Positions 27,033-42,419 are shown, numbered from the stretch's first letter. The stretch is DNA of 64,000 nt from Eledone cirrhosa (GCA_964016885.1 OZ024740.1:232686001-232750000), one strand, 5' to 3'. Notes: generated by a model not told the origin, from the sequence alone. Numbers and translations: made by a program.

Positions 27033-27314
27033 AGTCTAAAGTCTGTCTTAAGCCAGAAGGTTCATTTAGCCGGTGCTTTATCCCGGTTTCATGGCGTGAA
27101 GCGACTGAGAGTACAAGACTCCCCCCTGGACAGGACGCCAGTCCATCGCAGAGTTAAACAACCAGCTATTGCTGGTACTCATTTTCATCTGAGTATACTG
27201 GAGCAACGTGAAATGAAGTGTCTTGCTCAAGAACACAACACGCAACCCAGGAATCGAACCCACGACATTATGATCGTAAGTCCAACACCCTTACCACGTG
27301 GCCACGTGGCTCCA
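27033..27314 (-). mobile_element. SINE family 2
   Basis: Collinear with 15537-15818. Confidence 0.8.
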
Positions 27315-27374
27315 CTTACATGATCAGTACGAATATTATTAAATCATTGCTTCAATGTGTTTCTTCCTTTCTCC

Positions 27375-27452
<78 letters not shown>

Positions 27453-28243
27453 CTCTTTCTTTCTCTCTCTCTCACTCTCTCTCTCTCTCCCTCTCTCTCT
27501 CTCTATTTCTTTCTCTCTCTCTAACCCACCGGGACTGCTCTGTAAACCTATACAATATGGCCAATAAAAAATACTTCTTGCCCACTGTTATTCGCCCTTA
27601 ATCATATTATTTACTGCTTTGTAGTAAAAAATAAAATCCCTTTCATTAGGTTCCTAAACTCCCTACCTTCTTGTATTTCTCGTATCTATTTTATCTTCAG
27701 CTATTTCCTTGTGGTTTGAAATATCAATCTTATAGTTTATGAAAATTCCTGATGATTAGCTAACAAATCATTTACGACATTTTTTTATAGGTATTTAGTG
27801 TGTGGTAACAGTGAGGTAAGGTTCTCTACATCAGTGGAAATGTATAGGTATTTATGTAGTGCTTTTTAGAAAATATCTATAATAGTATATTATTTTATGT
27901 ACGGCAATGAGAAGGTAGAAAGATGCGAGTCAGACTACTACCACATTTTGATTTAAAACTGTATGTCATACAGCATATCATTATTGGGTCGTCAAGTATG
28001 AAATTTGCAGAAATCTGTAGAAAAAAAAACGAATTTCTACAAATTTCATATTTGACAACTCAACACAAGGCCCAGAGGCTAGAAGTGGTATGAGCAATGT
28101 TCCTCCTTCACGATGTGCGGTAAAATGTGGACCAGAAATTATTCTGCCGTTTGGATAGAATATTTGAAATAAGTCAAATGAAATCTATATTTGCACAATA
28201 TTGATTTGTTACATTTGGCACAAATTCATTGGAGAAGCATATA

Positions 28244-28414
28244 CCGTATTTCCCGGCGTCGAAGACCCTACTTTTTTCCTAAAATAAGTCTAAAAAATCT
28301 ACCATGCGTCCTGAAGGCCGAATGTTGTTTATTATTTTTTTTTTTTAATTTTTGGTTGTCAAAATTAGGGTGCGTCCTCGAGAGACGAAGCGTCTTCGGC
28401 GCCGGGAAATACGG
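28244..28414. mobile_element. Tc2/pogo-type MITE with TA target-site duplication
   Basis: TA-CCGTATTTCCCGGCGTCGAAGAC ... GTCTTCGGCGCCGGGAAATACGG-TA. Confidence 0.85.
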
Positions 28415-29023
28415 TAATTGATTACATGATCCTCAATACTTAACCGTACATAATAGATATTGAAAGGATTAAAGCAATAGTCGACTATTTAATCGACTGC
28501 AACTAAATACCGCTAGTCGTGTTTCTCGATGCTCTGATAATTCTGGCTTTCTCTGCTCTTCTTATTTAAGAGAATATGCTCGTATGTTAAAAAATCTTAC
28601 ATAGAAAGCAATAAAACAATCCACTCATATTAAACCACTTGGGCCAGTCAATCGTCGAATTCAGTCCTTATATTTTACAGCATAAATAAATAGTAATAGA
28701 ATTAAAAATATGGGACGAAACACTCAATTCATGGTTCTAGTGTCTCATGCAATTCAGTCTACAGCTGGGATAAAAAATGGCGAGAAAGAGTTTTGTGGAA
28801 GTATGTCAGAAATGTTTCTGTTTCTCTTTTTTTGTTGTTGGGGTGGGGATGAATTAAATTGAACACAACATTTTTATCTCCATGACAAAGTTGGAACTTT
28901 GAACTTTTATACTTAGAAGATAACATATTTATATATAGCGGCGAGTGTGTTTTACTATTTTTTCTAGCAATATTAGGACAACATGACCCTCTCCAAATAT
29001 AACACTATATAAATAAATAATAA

Positions 29024-29077
<54 letters not shown>

Positions 29078-29109
29078 ATATATATGTGTCTGTGTGTGTG
29101 TGCGTGTAA

Positions 29110-29193
<84 letters not shown>

Positions 29194-29284
29194 ATATATA
29201 TATATATATACATATATATACACACATATATATATACACACACAGACACACACACACATATATATATATATATAAATTATGTGT

Positions 29285-29520
29285 ATGTGTGGGTTTATCC
29301 AAAATGGCTGACTGAACACACACGTGCTTCTTCTCCAAAACTTATTTTCTGTTCCTTCCTCTTTTCACTTTCTTTCTCTTTCATCATTTATTTCTCTTTC
29401 TATCTGCTGATGAGGGACTAGTGTCCGAATCGGTAAGACACTTTTCCTACTTTATCACGCTTCAAACTAATATATTTTTTCATTGTACTGTATTTTTTGC
29501 TTTCCTTTTCCGTTTACACA
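29285..29520 (+). mobile_element. Family C PLE pseudo-LTR fragment with mutated HHR
   Basis: CTGATGA-G-GGAC-TAGT-GTCC-GAAT-CGGTA at ~29407-29435 (GAAA mutated to GAAT). Confidence 0.55.
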
Positions 29521-29709
29521 CATACATACACACATACATACATATATACATCCGTATGTACATACACACATACATGCATATAAAGGGTAGAGGCCGCCAT
29601 CTTTCAGAAATGATAATCGGTTTTCACTTTAAAAGTCCCCACACCCACGTTGCCCACATTCAATGGCTTCGATTTAGCACCATTTATCCGATCACAAGTA
29701 CACCTAAGC

Positions 29710-30440
29710 AATGGCAATGAGGAGTGATATTCCCATATTTCAAAACGGAGGCAAGAGATGCTCCAATTATAGAGAGATCCCCTCGCTAAGCCTCACCAGT
29801 AAAGTATGAGCTAAGTATCTGGCGAAGAGATGTAGTGAGATTGTAGACTCTTAGCTAGATGACGAACAATGTGGTTTTCGTCCCTGGCGCAGAGCAGCCG
29901 ACCAAATATTCATACTGCTGCAAGTCTCAGAAAAATCGTATGAGTACTGAGGTGTATTCTTGCTTCGTAAATCTCGCAAAGGCATTTAACCATGTTCCAC
30001 AGGACCTGCTGTAGAAAGTGCAGCAATGCGCAAGCTACAACATTCGGTAATCAGAAGAAAGGAGGTATGCGTAAAAGCCAAACTCCTTATCTTCAATTAG
30101 GTGTTCCTATCAACACCTACCTATGGTCATGAATCTTGAATAATGCCCGAAATAATACGATCGCAAATACAAGCGGCCGAAATGGGTTTCCTTCGAAGGG
30201 TCTTTGGAGTATCGTTACTCTATAGATTGCTTAGCTCTGAGATCCAAAGAGTCGCTCTAGGTAGAATCGATACTCCTCCGGATTGAACTCCGATACAACG
30301 GGCATGTGATTAGAATGTCACAGGAAGAAATCGCACGACAGATTTTACGGGCAAAAGCAACCGACAGGAGGCGTAAGGGAACACCCCGAGCAAGTGTGTT
30401 TGATAAATAGAAGAAAAAGATATTAGAAATATGGTCGTCT
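29710..30440 (+). pseudogene. Degraded RTE-clade reverse transcriptase fragments
   Basis: Disrupted frames read CSNYR, LDDEQCGFRP..DQIFIL, CFVNLAKAFNHVP, TYGHES, IQAAEMGFLRRVFGVSL and GHVIRM. Confidence 0.85.
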
Positions 30441-31055
30441 GTCCATATACATACATATATATATACATACATATATATATAAACATATATACATATGCAC
30501 ATACATATATATATATATATATATACATACACACATATACATACATATGCACATACACAAATGCGATCAGATCAAACTATTATGATTATACACTTTATAC
30601 AAACAACTGTCTATGACATTGTCATTAAATAATGAAGTCTGTAAATACAATAAACTAGGCGATAATCTTGTTTAGCCATTAGCTGAAATAAATAGCTAAC
30701 GGGAGATAAAATAAATTAATACTTTGCTTCAGATGTGGATAGACTCTTGAGTTCAAAGATTATGGAAGAATATTCAAGATAGGTTTTAGACGGAAATGAT
30801 TCACCCCTCCCCACCTCACACACACACACACACACTCTAACATACTCACACACACACGCACATACATACACACACACATATATATAAAGAGAAAGATAAA
30901 TGGATATATAATATATGGGTGTGATGTTGATGGATGCGGGGCTGAGTACTCAATAACAAAGTAGAGTTTAATAAGTTTAATCAAACAAGATCAACTTGTT
31001 AGTACACAGGTTGAAATCCAGTGTAAGACGATTCATCACTTAGCCATAATATAGG

Positions 31056-31104
<49 letters not shown>

Positions 31105-31108
<4 letters not shown>

Positions 31109-31313
31109 TTTAGTACAGCATTAACGAAGCTTTAGGCTGCGGCTAAGCTAACGAATGCAGATTCGGAATGTAGCTTTAGCACTCGATGGAGAATAATACC
31201 CCAGAGATATAACAATACGTTTAGACAGCTTTGCAAATCAAATATAGCGATCGGTAGTCCAGCCGCATTGCTTTAGCAACGAAAAAGACTGGACTCAGGG
31301 AAAGATTTTTGAC
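31105..31313 (-). mobile_element. Family G 3' fragment
   Basis: Aligns with 4995-5202. Confidence 0.75.
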
Positions 31314-31334
31314 TGTATATATATATATATATAT

Positions 31335-31530
31335 AAAGAAGGAGGCGTGGTAAGGAACCAGATGGACCATAACGCACCAGAGTACTCAATACTTAGGGTA
31401 GTAGAGTGGGTGATAGGAAAATGTTTAACTCCGACGACAGAGCTCGAGCCGTTACGACAGCTATCTGAAATAGTCCAGAAATAGCCGTCGAAACGGCTTG
31501 AGCTCTGCCGTCGTGGTTAAACATTTTCCA
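31335..31530 (-). mobile_element. Family A palindromic element
   Basis: Reverse-oriented tail followed by inverted arms. Confidence 0.85.
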
Positions 31531-31552
31531 ATATATATATATACACACACAC

Positions 31553-32140
31553 CAGGTGACGAAACAGACCTGCGCGCACTCGTCGAGTGTCCGAGTATTG
31601 CTGACTTGGTGGTTTACATCGAACACCTACTCTCACTGATCCGATTATCAACTGAGTCCATTGTGAAGTTCACCCGACCTTCTTACTTGAGAGGGGAAGA
31701 ACAGGCAGGTTTCATCTGCCTGTTGGTCTTGGCAAAAGAGGTCGTGTGGTAGATGGTAGATAGGTTTAAAATGGTTGAAAAGAAGCACTTTCTTCTTTGG
31801 CAAATTTCTGATTAATTTTTTCTGGTTTCACCAGAAGAGGAAAATCAGGGTGGAGAGGGAAATGCTGCCTTCCAACTAGTTTCTTAAAGAGTGGTAGAGA
31901 GAGGGAAGCATGGTTCAAGTGTATGGGCGTGCTCTAACTACGCGTCTGTAAATTGGAGGACAGCCGAGGTTACCCTGAGGTTTTGTGACCCTCGGAGGTC
32001 GCCCCACATATGGGAAATTTGCTGTCAGATTTTCTAAATGTTTATTTTTTTAGACTTTGTTATACATTATTTTATAAGACACACAAAACAAACAAACACA
32101 CTGAACCGTCCTGTGCCGTCTTTATTGCCCTCTTAATGAA
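31553..32140 (+). pseudogene. Tx1/L1-clade LINE ORF2 C-terminal remnant
   Basis: DETDLRALVECPSIADL..IEHLLS..LAKEVVW and RKIRVERE resemble the post-zinc-knuckle region of Tx1 ORF2. Confidence 0.55.
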
Positions 32141-32174
32141 GAAACCATTATTATTTGCGGCATTGAGTTGAGAC

Positions 32175-32460
32175 TTTTTACGTTCTGAAATCAAATCCCC
32201 ACTAGGTTAGCTTTACCTTTCATCCTTACGTTATAACGCACTGTGGTCGATTTAATCGACTTTCCTCTCCGCTAAAAGTCTTGGCCTTGTGCCTAAATCA
32301 GAAACCAGTGATGGATTGGCAGTATCGGTAGAGGGCCGGATGCCATACTTTCCACTTTCCAGTATTGCCTTTCATCCTTACAAGGTCGATAAAATAAAGC
32401 ACCAGTAATGCCCTGATTAATTGCTGGGCTTGTGCCAAAAATAGAAACAATTATTATTAT
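32175..32460 (+). mobile_element. Two SINE family 1 fragments
   Basis: Core and tail GGCCTTGTGCC..AGAAAC motifs. Confidence 0.7.
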
Positions 32461-32654
32461 TATCATCATCATCGTCATCACCCCCCCCCCCCCACACACA
32501 CACACTCAAGATTGATCTTAATTACTGGTTTCGTCAAGATAGTGAACCAAATCCAGTGGACTTTGATAACATGATGTTATTTCCTTCTTTTCCGTTTACA
32601 TTCAATACCTTTTAACCCCCTCCTCCACCTCCTCGTCATCATCATGATCATAAC

Positions 32655-32928
32655 CCCGTAAAGGGGCGTAACTCTATGCTGCAAATCATGGCGTCCGACC
32701 ATCTATCAATACTGCCAATCCACCGCCTCTGCTTATATAATTGTTTATATTTTTGGCACAAGGCCAGCGATTATTCCAGTGTATCACTGGTACTTTATTT
32801 TATCGACCCCGTAAGAATGAAAGGCAACGTTAACCTCGGCGGGATTTGAACTCAGACCGTAAAGGGACGCAACTCTATGTTGCAAATCATGGTGTCCGAC
32901 CCTCTACCGATACTGCCAATCCACCACC
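32655..32928 (-). mobile_element. SINE family 1 (full copy plus duplicated head)
   Basis: ACTGCCAATCCACC occurs twice; core present once. Confidence 0.8.
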
Positions 32929-33239
32929 TCCTCTCCTTATATAATCTCATCCAACTAGCTCTCCGTGGATGTGGTTATATGAGTATAAGATAAGTATGTT
33001 ATCCTGTCTGGAGCTCAGAGCAGAGTTAAACGCTGTTAAGAGAGTACGAACCTTCGAATTGCCAACGCGGCTGCATCTATCGTTCACAACCCTACTAACA
33101 ACTAGTGTTACTATTAGAACAGTTATCGTTGTTGTTATTCTAGAAACGTTTTGTAGTTCTTATAAATGCTTTTGTTGCTGTTATAGATGCAGCCGCTGTC
33201 GTTTTTCTTGTTATGGATGTTTGTGTATAAAAGTGTTAC

Positions 33240-34370
33240 AATTGTTGCTGTTGTTGTTACTGCCGTTGTTGTTATTGTTGCTATTGTTGTTGCTGCAGTT
33301 GTTGTTATTGTTGCTGTTGTTGTTGCTGCAGTTGTTGTTATTGTTGCTGTTGTTGTTGCTGCAGTTGTTGTTATTGTTGCTGTTGTTGTTGCTGCAGTTG
33401 TTGTTATTGTTGCTGTTGTTGTTGCTGCCGTTGTTGTTATTGTTGCTGTTGTTGTTGCTGCAGTTGTTGTTATTGTTGATATTGTTGTTGCTGCAGTTGT
33501 TGTTATTGTTGCTATTGTTGTCATCGTTGTTGTTGTTGTTGTTATTGTTATGTTGTTATTACTAGAGATGCTGTTACTGATGTTCTCATTACTTCTGTTC
33601 TTATTACTGCTGTTGTTATTGTTGTATCTGTTATATTTCGTCTTGTGGCTGCTGTTATAATACTGTTGTTAATGTTGTTGTTGTTGTTGTTGTACCTGTT
33701 ACACTGCTTCTGTTCTTATTGTTGTTATTGTTGTTGTACCTGTTATATTTGGTGCTGTTGTTGTTATTGTTGTACCTGTTATATTTGGTGTTGTTGCTGC
33801 TGATGTAATGTTGTTGTTGTTGTTGTTGCTGCTGCTGTTGTAGTACTGTTGTTGTTGTTGCTGCTGTTGTAATACTGTTGTTGTTGCTGCTGTTGTTGTT
33901 GTTGTTGTTGTTGTTGTTGCTGCTGTTGTAATACTGTTGTTGTTGTTGCTGCTGTTGTAATACTGTTGTTGTTGTTGCTGCTGTTGTAATACTGTTGTTG
34001 TTGTTGCTGCTGTTGTAATACTGTTGTTGTTGCTGCTGCTGTTGTTGTTGTTGTTGTTGCTGCTGTTGTAATACTGTTGTTATTGTTGTTGCTGCTGTTC
34101 TCACTGCTTCTGTTTTTATTACTGTTGTTATTGTTGTTGTACCTGTTATAGTTGGTGCTGTTGCTGCTGATGTATAACTGCTGTTGTTGTTATTGTTGTA
34201 CCTGTTATATTTGGTGTTGTTGCTGCTGATGTAATGCTGCTGTTAATGTTGTTGTTATTGCTGTTGTTGTTACTGCTGTGTTTGTTCTTACTGCTGTGTT
34301 TCTGTTGATGATGATGATGATGATGACGACGACGACGATGATGATGATGATGGTGGTGGTGGTGGTGTAG
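33240..34370. repeat. (GTT)/(GCT)-derived trinucleotide array including a 33-bp higher-order unit
   Basis: GTTGTTGTTATTGTTGCTGTTGTTGTTGCTGCA occurs about 8 times at 33260-33520. Confidence 0.9.
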
Positions 34371-34494
34371 TATAAAGGCTTTGCAGTTGTTGATGTTGTA
34401 TAACACTTTTTGTAACGTTCTAAGAGAAAAGATATCCCATGAGATAAAAACAAAATAGTATGAGTGTATTTGTATTTATTTATGTGTGTGTGTG

Positions 34495-34560
34495 TGTGTC
34501 TGTATATAAGTATGACTGTGTGTGTGTGTGTGTATGTGTATGTGTCTGTATATAAGTATG

Positions 34561-34597
<37 letters not shown>

Positions 34598-35025
34598 ATG
34601 TTTCGACGATGCGTGCGTGAATGTATATATGTGTGTTCTGTAAATGATTTGTATTTATGTATGTGTGTGTGTGTATGTGTGTGTATGTGTCTGTATATAA
34701 GTATGACTGTGTGTGTGTGTGTGTGCATGTTTCGACGATGCGTGCGTGAATGTATATATGTGTGTTGTGTAAATGATTTGTATTTATGTGTGTGTGTGTG
34801 TGTGTCTGTATTTAAGTATGACTGTGTGTGTGTGTGTGTGCATGTTTCGACGATGCGTGCGTGAATGTATATATGTGTGTTGTGTAAATGATTTGTATTT
34901 ATGTATGTGTGTGTGTGTATGTGTGTGTATGCGTCTGTATATAAGTATGACTGTGTGTGTGTGTGTGTGTGTGTGTGCATGTTTCGACGATGCGTGCGTG
35001 AATGTATATATGTGTGTTGTGTAAA
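34495..35025. repeat. Minisatellite, 4 units of ~115-137 bp built on (GT)n
   Basis: CATGTTTCGACGATGCGTGCGTGAATG at ~34597, 34726, 34841 and 34978. Confidence 0.9.
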
Positions 35026-35668
35026 TGTAAGAGCAACTGTGAGTACATGCCAGTATATGTGACTGTGTATGAGAGATAGCTTGTGTGAACATATGTGTGT
35101 ATATAAATGTGTGTATATAAATGTGTGTATATAAATGTGTGTATATAAATGTGTGTATATAAAAAGAAATAATGAACATGTGGGGATGTGTGAGGGTGTA
35201 AGTGTTTGGTTGTATGTGTAAGTATGTACATATATTTAAAAGTGATAGTGTCAGTGTGTGTGTGTGTATGTCTGAGAGAATATGTGTATTTATATGTAAA
35301 ACTATATCTGAGCGACAGGGTATGTTTAAATGTATAGGTGGTTGTTGTCTCTACGTATGTGTACGTGTGTGTGAGTGTGTGATTGTGTATGGGTTTCAGT
35401 AAAAAAGAGAATATGTGAAACGAAAGTACATAGATGCAGAGTGAATGCTATTTTTTCTCGCCTTCCTCTCAGAAGATTTATCAGTAAGCAAAGAACTGGA
35501 GCAGACGATATATCAGTTCTTTCTATATCTCTGCGTAATCCGTATATGTAGGTTGTTCCTGTCTTATACACCAGAGCACGGTATGTATTTTACAGCTTAA
35601 TAATATATCTACTGTTACTTGTCTGTTTGTAACATGTTGGAAACATGTATGCAACAAACATATATATG

Positions 35669-35709
<41 letters not shown>

Positions 35710-35774
35710 GTATATGAATATATGTATGTATATATATATATGTATTTATATGTAATATATATATATGTTTATAT

Positions 35775-35850
<76 letters not shown>

Positions 35851-35985
35851 AAATATGTAATATATATCTATGTTTATATATATATATATATATATATATA
35901 TGCATATGAAAATGTATATATATATATGTATGTTTATATGTATGGCTGTATATATGAATATATATGTATATATGAATATATATGT

Positions 35986-36016
<31 letters not shown>

Positions 36017-36099
36017 CATATATATATAAGTGTGTATATATATATACATATATAAGTGTATATATATATACATATATATATATATACATATATATATAA

Positions 36100-36182
<83 letters not shown>

Positions 36183-36243
36183 GATATATATATAAGAAAA
36201 TATTCGGCTGAACTCCGGCTCTTTCGACAGCTAGATCCAAACG

Positions 36244-36304
<61 letters not shown>

Positions 36305-36454
36305 TAATGAAGAAATGGCTTCTACAGAATTAATTATATGTCCCTCGAAACAAACTGGCCCAGTCCTGAAGAAGCCAGTTCTATATTCGTTTTGGTGTTT
36401 ACACTCTACTAATGTATTGAGTACTGTGGTTACCGCCGATTGACCTCGGGACTC
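36305..36454 (+). mobile_element. Family B-related PLE-type fragment
   Basis: Tail ACTCTACTAATGTATTGAGTACTGTGGTTACCGCCGATTGACCTCGGGA. Confidence 0.55.
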
Positions 36455-36505
36455 ACACAAACACACACATACACACACACACACACACACACATATATAT
36501 GTATG

Positions 36506-36546
<41 letters not shown>

Positions 36547-36694
36547 ATGTTACATGTTATGCATATTAGAGTATATCTGTATATATACAGAAAATAGATT
36601 GATAGATATGCAAACAGGCAGAAAGATAGATATACATACATAGAGGAAAGGTATATTTATATGGACATTAATGCATACATACATACAGACATAC

Positions 36695-36725
<31 letters not shown>

Positions 36726-36731
36726 CATACA

Positions 36732-36767
<36 letters not shown>

Positions 36768-36939
36768 TATTTCACTATTATTTGTCCTGCCTGTGTTCCT
36801 ATCTATATACCTTTCTATATGTATCTGCATACATATACACATACATATGTGTGTATATGAGTGTATACATACACAAATTATACTTCAATATATATATTCG
36901 TGAGAAATCATGTATATATATCTATATATATATATGTAC

Positions 36940-37139
<200 letters not shown>

Positions 37140-37181
37140 GTATATATATATATGTATATAATATATATGTATATATATATG

Positions 37182-37232
<51 letters not shown>

Positions 37233-37269
37233 GTATATGTATATATATGTATATGTATATATATGTATA

Positions 37270-37344
<75 letters not shown>

Positions 37345-37365
37345 GTATATATGTATATATATATG

Positions 37366-37402
<37 letters not shown>

Positions 37403-37417
37403 GTATATATATATGTA

Positions 37418-37480
<63 letters not shown>

Positions 37481-37543
37481 GTATATATATATATATAATA
37501 TATATATATGTATGTATGTTCGTGTATATACATATATTTATAT

Positions 37544-37574
<31 letters not shown>

Positions 37575-37654
37575 AATATATATACATATATAAATGAAAA
37601 GTATAGAAATTATTTTAGCGAGAAGCTAACAGTATTCCATAATATATATATTAA

Positions 37655-37830
37655 ATTCAGATCGTCCCCTCCCGACGGCAGAGCTCCGGCCGTTCGGATC
37701 TATCTCTTTAGAAGGCCGGAACTAAGCCGTCGAGTGATGGGGGCTGAATTGTTTGATATTACCCTCTCTACTACCCCAAGTATCGAGTACTCTGAGTAAT
37801 AGTCTAACTGGCTTTTACCGGGTCCATTCT
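37655..37830 (+). mobile_element. Diverged family A-related palindromic element
   Basis: CGACGGCAGAGCTCCGGCC..GGCCGGAACTAAGCCGTCG and tail CTCTACTACCCCAAGTATCGAGTACT. Confidence 0.6.
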
Positions 37831-37997
37831 AATATATGTATACAGGCGCGAGTCTACATGGGAACCCATATCTGAGCAGCTTCCGATTCCAGAGTGAGGA
37901 ACGATCATTAATCGATCATTCCTCGAGCTGATCGGCAGTGGAAAATATGTAATAGGTAATTATATATATATATATGATGCAACACTGAATCTTTCTC

Positions 37998-38379
<382 letters not shown>

Positions 38380-39102
38380 ACACATATATATATATATAGT
38401 GACGAAACATAAGTCAGTTGCATGAACTCATAATCCTTTATTTACTGCTATATATATTTCGATGATAGCCATTGAGTATATATATATATACATATATATA
38501 TATATGTATATACATGTGAGTATATATATATATATGTATATACATGTGTGTATATATATGTATATATATGTATTTATATATGTGTGTGTGTGTGTGTGAG
38601 AGAGCGTGTATATATATATATACATATATATATATATGTATATTGATATTTCAGTACTAGTGAACTTTTGGAAACTAATAAGTTTTAGAAACACGGAATG
38701 ATAAAACTATAGATGTTATAGTGACAAGAAATATAAAGAGTACAATGCTTTATATACAACACTATATAATGATTTATTAATGCTATACGATGCTATATAT
38801 ATGTAAACAACGATGGAACCTGTTGGGGGCTTACGACCAGCTAGAAATATCACATGTATCACCCTCTGAATGACATACTCTACCATGTAAGATACACAGG
38901 ATATGTAAATCAAGAAATACTTTTTTAGATGAGCTGACCCAGGGCTAAACATCAGGTTTAATTTTAACTGTTTTTAGTGGCATAATGTGTCACATTTATA
39001 TACACACATACACAGATGCATACACGTATATACACTAGCAAAAACGTGCATCTTTATGTAAATAAATGTATAATTGGACAAAAACACATATTATATATAC
39101 AT

Positions 39103-39187
<85 letters not shown>

Positions 39188-39198
39188 CATATATATAA

Positions 39199-39274
<76 letters not shown>

Positions 39275-39300
39275 ATATGTATATATATATATATATATAA

Positions 39301-39353
<53 letters not shown>

Positions 39354-39476
39354 TATATGTATATATGTATGTATGTGTGTATAATATGTATGTATGTATA
39401 TATGTATGTATGTGTGTACAATATGTATGTATGTATATATATATATATGTGTGTATCTATGTATACATATATATAT

Positions 39477-39637
39477 AACGAAGGAATTGTGGTAAGGAAC
39501 CAGATGGACCATGACGCACCAGAGTACTCAATATTTACGGTAGTAGAGTGGGTAATAAGAAAAAGTATGACCCAGACGGCAGGGCTCAAGCCGTTTCGAC
39601 GGTTATTTCTGTCTGCCGTCGGGGTCATAATTTTTCC

Positions 39638-39638
<1 letters not shown>
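39477..39638 (-). mobile_element. Family A element
   Basis: Reverse tail plus short inverted arm. Confidence 0.85.
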
Positions 39639-39719
<81 letters not shown>

Positions 39720-39733
39720 TATATATATATATG

Positions 39734-40033
<300 letters not shown>

Positions 40034-40149
40034 ATATATATATATATATGTATGTATATATATATACATATAATTGCATTCGTTAGCTTAGCTGCAGCCC
40101 GAGCTTCGATTACGCTGAACTTCTATTTATATATATATATATTTATATA

Positions 40150-40272
40150 CATATATATATATATATATAATGGAAAATTTGAACAGGAACAAAACAGAGA
40201 GGCAGTACAACGAATGTTTATTAATTTCACGCTCTTGAGAGTGGGGTGGTGGTGGGGAACGACGTTTCGGGC
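40150..40272 (-). mobile_element. Family C 3' fragment (HHR 3' half GAAACGTC)
   Basis: Reverse complement of 15870-15955; a shorter piece lies at 41128-41170. Confidence 0.55.
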
Positions 40273-40798
40273 ATATATATATATATATATTTAGAGAGAG
40301 AGAGAGAGAGAGAGAGAAAGGGAGAGAGAGAGAGAGTGTGAGAGAGATAGCGAGAGAGATGCATATGTATGTAAATTTATATAGAAATATTTTTAATAAA
40401 TAGTTGAATATATATATATATATATAAATACATACATATATATATATATATATATACATATATATATGTTTTGTTTCCGCTCGAATTAGACTAAAATTTA
40501 CATATTCAGTATGTACATGCTAGTGTGTATGCGTGTATGTGTATGTCTGTATATAAATGTACACATGATAAATATATAATAAGTGAACATATATGTGTTT
40601 GAGGGAGAGAGATTGTTTGTATGAGGCGGTGTGTGTATGGGTGTGTGCGTATTTGTGTGTGTATACATGTGTGTATGCGTGTATGTGACTGTATGTAAGT
40701 GTATGTGCTACTGAAATCACTTAAAAGTATAGCTGATATTTAGCTCCAGTAGATATGCATATACAGTAGATATGCATATACACACAGACAAATATATA

Positions 40799-40851
<53 letters not shown>

Positions 40852-40874
40852 TATATATATGTGTGTATATATAT

Positions 40875-41086
40875 AAATAAAATAACATGGGGCTGGACTG
40901 GTTTAAATCGTTGAAAAGTTTATTATACTATGATCATTTCAATGACCGGATTCCGTATGAATCCGGTGATATCATCAGGTATTCAAAATATAACAAAAGA
41001 ATATATAAAATCCATGGGTCCGAAAAACAGAGACAGAGAGGACGACTGACCAACTAGCTGCTTTCACCCAGGTCAGTCGCCCTCAA
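40875..41086 (-). mobile_element. Family D element
   Basis: Reverse complement of 12727-12940. Confidence 0.75.
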
Positions 41087-41131
<45 letters not shown>

Positions 41132-41347
41132 GAAAAATTGAACAGGGACAGAACAGAGAGGCAGTACAATAAATGTGAAGACTAAAATCCAAAGAGGGCT
41201 CGATAAGGATAAATATATATCAAATATATAAGAACCGAAAAGCAAATATTTATTAAAATAACAGATTAAAGTTCTGAAACGTTTCAGAAGATCCCGTTAA
41301 GGTGTGAAAGCAGCGATTCTTTGCTTAAACTTTAATCTGTTATTTTA

Positions 41348-41388
<41 letters not shown>

Positions 41389-41563
41389 TATATTTTAATT
41401 TTAATTATATCTCATATAAAATAATACAACTGGTTTTCCACAAAATACATATAGTTAGCACCCCAAACCCAAAATTGGGATTATACTAACGTATATCCTA
41501 ATGTTTGTTGAGTGAGATGGTTACCAGTCAGAGTTTAGCTTAAAGCTTTCTCTGTTATTGTAT

Positions 41564-41627
<64 letters not shown>

Positions 41628-41631
<4 letters not shown>

Positions 41632-41980
41632 GGGAGGGTCATATTTGCGTAATATTGCCAGAATTAATAACAGAACACACTCACTGTTTGGTTGGTTTTC
41701 GCTTCTCGCTGTCTTTTATATATATATATCTGCGATCTAACTTACTCGGTCCTCAATGTTGCCATTGACTGACCGGCGGTCAAAAATAATACACATACAA
41801 TATAGACAAACACATATATATATAGTTTACATAATTTACATAAATCTTTCGTTGCACATCTGCAACATCGTCAGTGGTGTTATATTCATTGTTCCTCCTG
41901 TTGTGTTGTATGTCTACGCCATTTTTTTTGTTCGACACACGATTTCATATAAAAAACCTCGCAAAACTAATTCATCGCCG
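41628..41980. mobile_element. Family I element: long inverted arm plus tail only
   Basis: The body is the reverse complement of 7585-7870, yet the tail TTCGACACACGATTTCATAT is in the + orientation. Confidence 0.8.
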
Positions 41981-42031
<51 letters not shown>

Positions 42032-42032
42032 G

Positions 42033-42069
<37 letters not shown>

Positions 42070-42149
42070 GTAATATATATATATATAATATGTAATTTTG
42101 TATGAATGTATGCATGTATTCATGTATGTATAATATATACATAGAAAAA

Positions 42150-42300
42150 ATAATGATTTCTACTATAGGCACAAGGCCAGCAATTACGGGGAGGGGAGTG
42201 TCGATTAAATCGACTCCAGTGTATTACTAGTGTTTTCTTTTATCGACCCCATAAGGATGAAAAGGTAAAGCTTATCCCGGCGGTATTTGAAATAAGAATA
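42150..42300 (-). mobile_element. SINE family 1
   Basis: Core TTATCGACCCC.TAAGGATGAAA. Confidence 0.65.
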
Positions 42301-42419
42301 TTTCATCATCATCATCATCATCATCATCTTCTTCTCCTTCATAAAATAATGTGTCGTTTAAGTAATTGTTGATTGCGTTGACCTTCCTCTTCTCCAAATT
42401 GCTGGCCTTGTGCGACATC

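Noticed and set aside
27742-27785. CTGATGA-TTAGCTAA possible hammerhead
   Set aside because: GAAA is replaced by CAAA and the stems do not close.
32969-34453. Mucin-like, poly-Q and poly-L ORFs
   Set aside because: Trinucleotide array open in several frames on both strands; no splice or domain support.
34495-35025. CRISPR-like repeat-spacer appearance
   Set aside because: The linkers are near-identical GT tracts rather than unique spacers; eukaryotic context with no cas genes.
35445-35490. Strong acceptor followed 11 nt later by GTAAGC (microexon?)
   Set aside because: Not frame-preserving and likely to occur by chance; needs RNA data.
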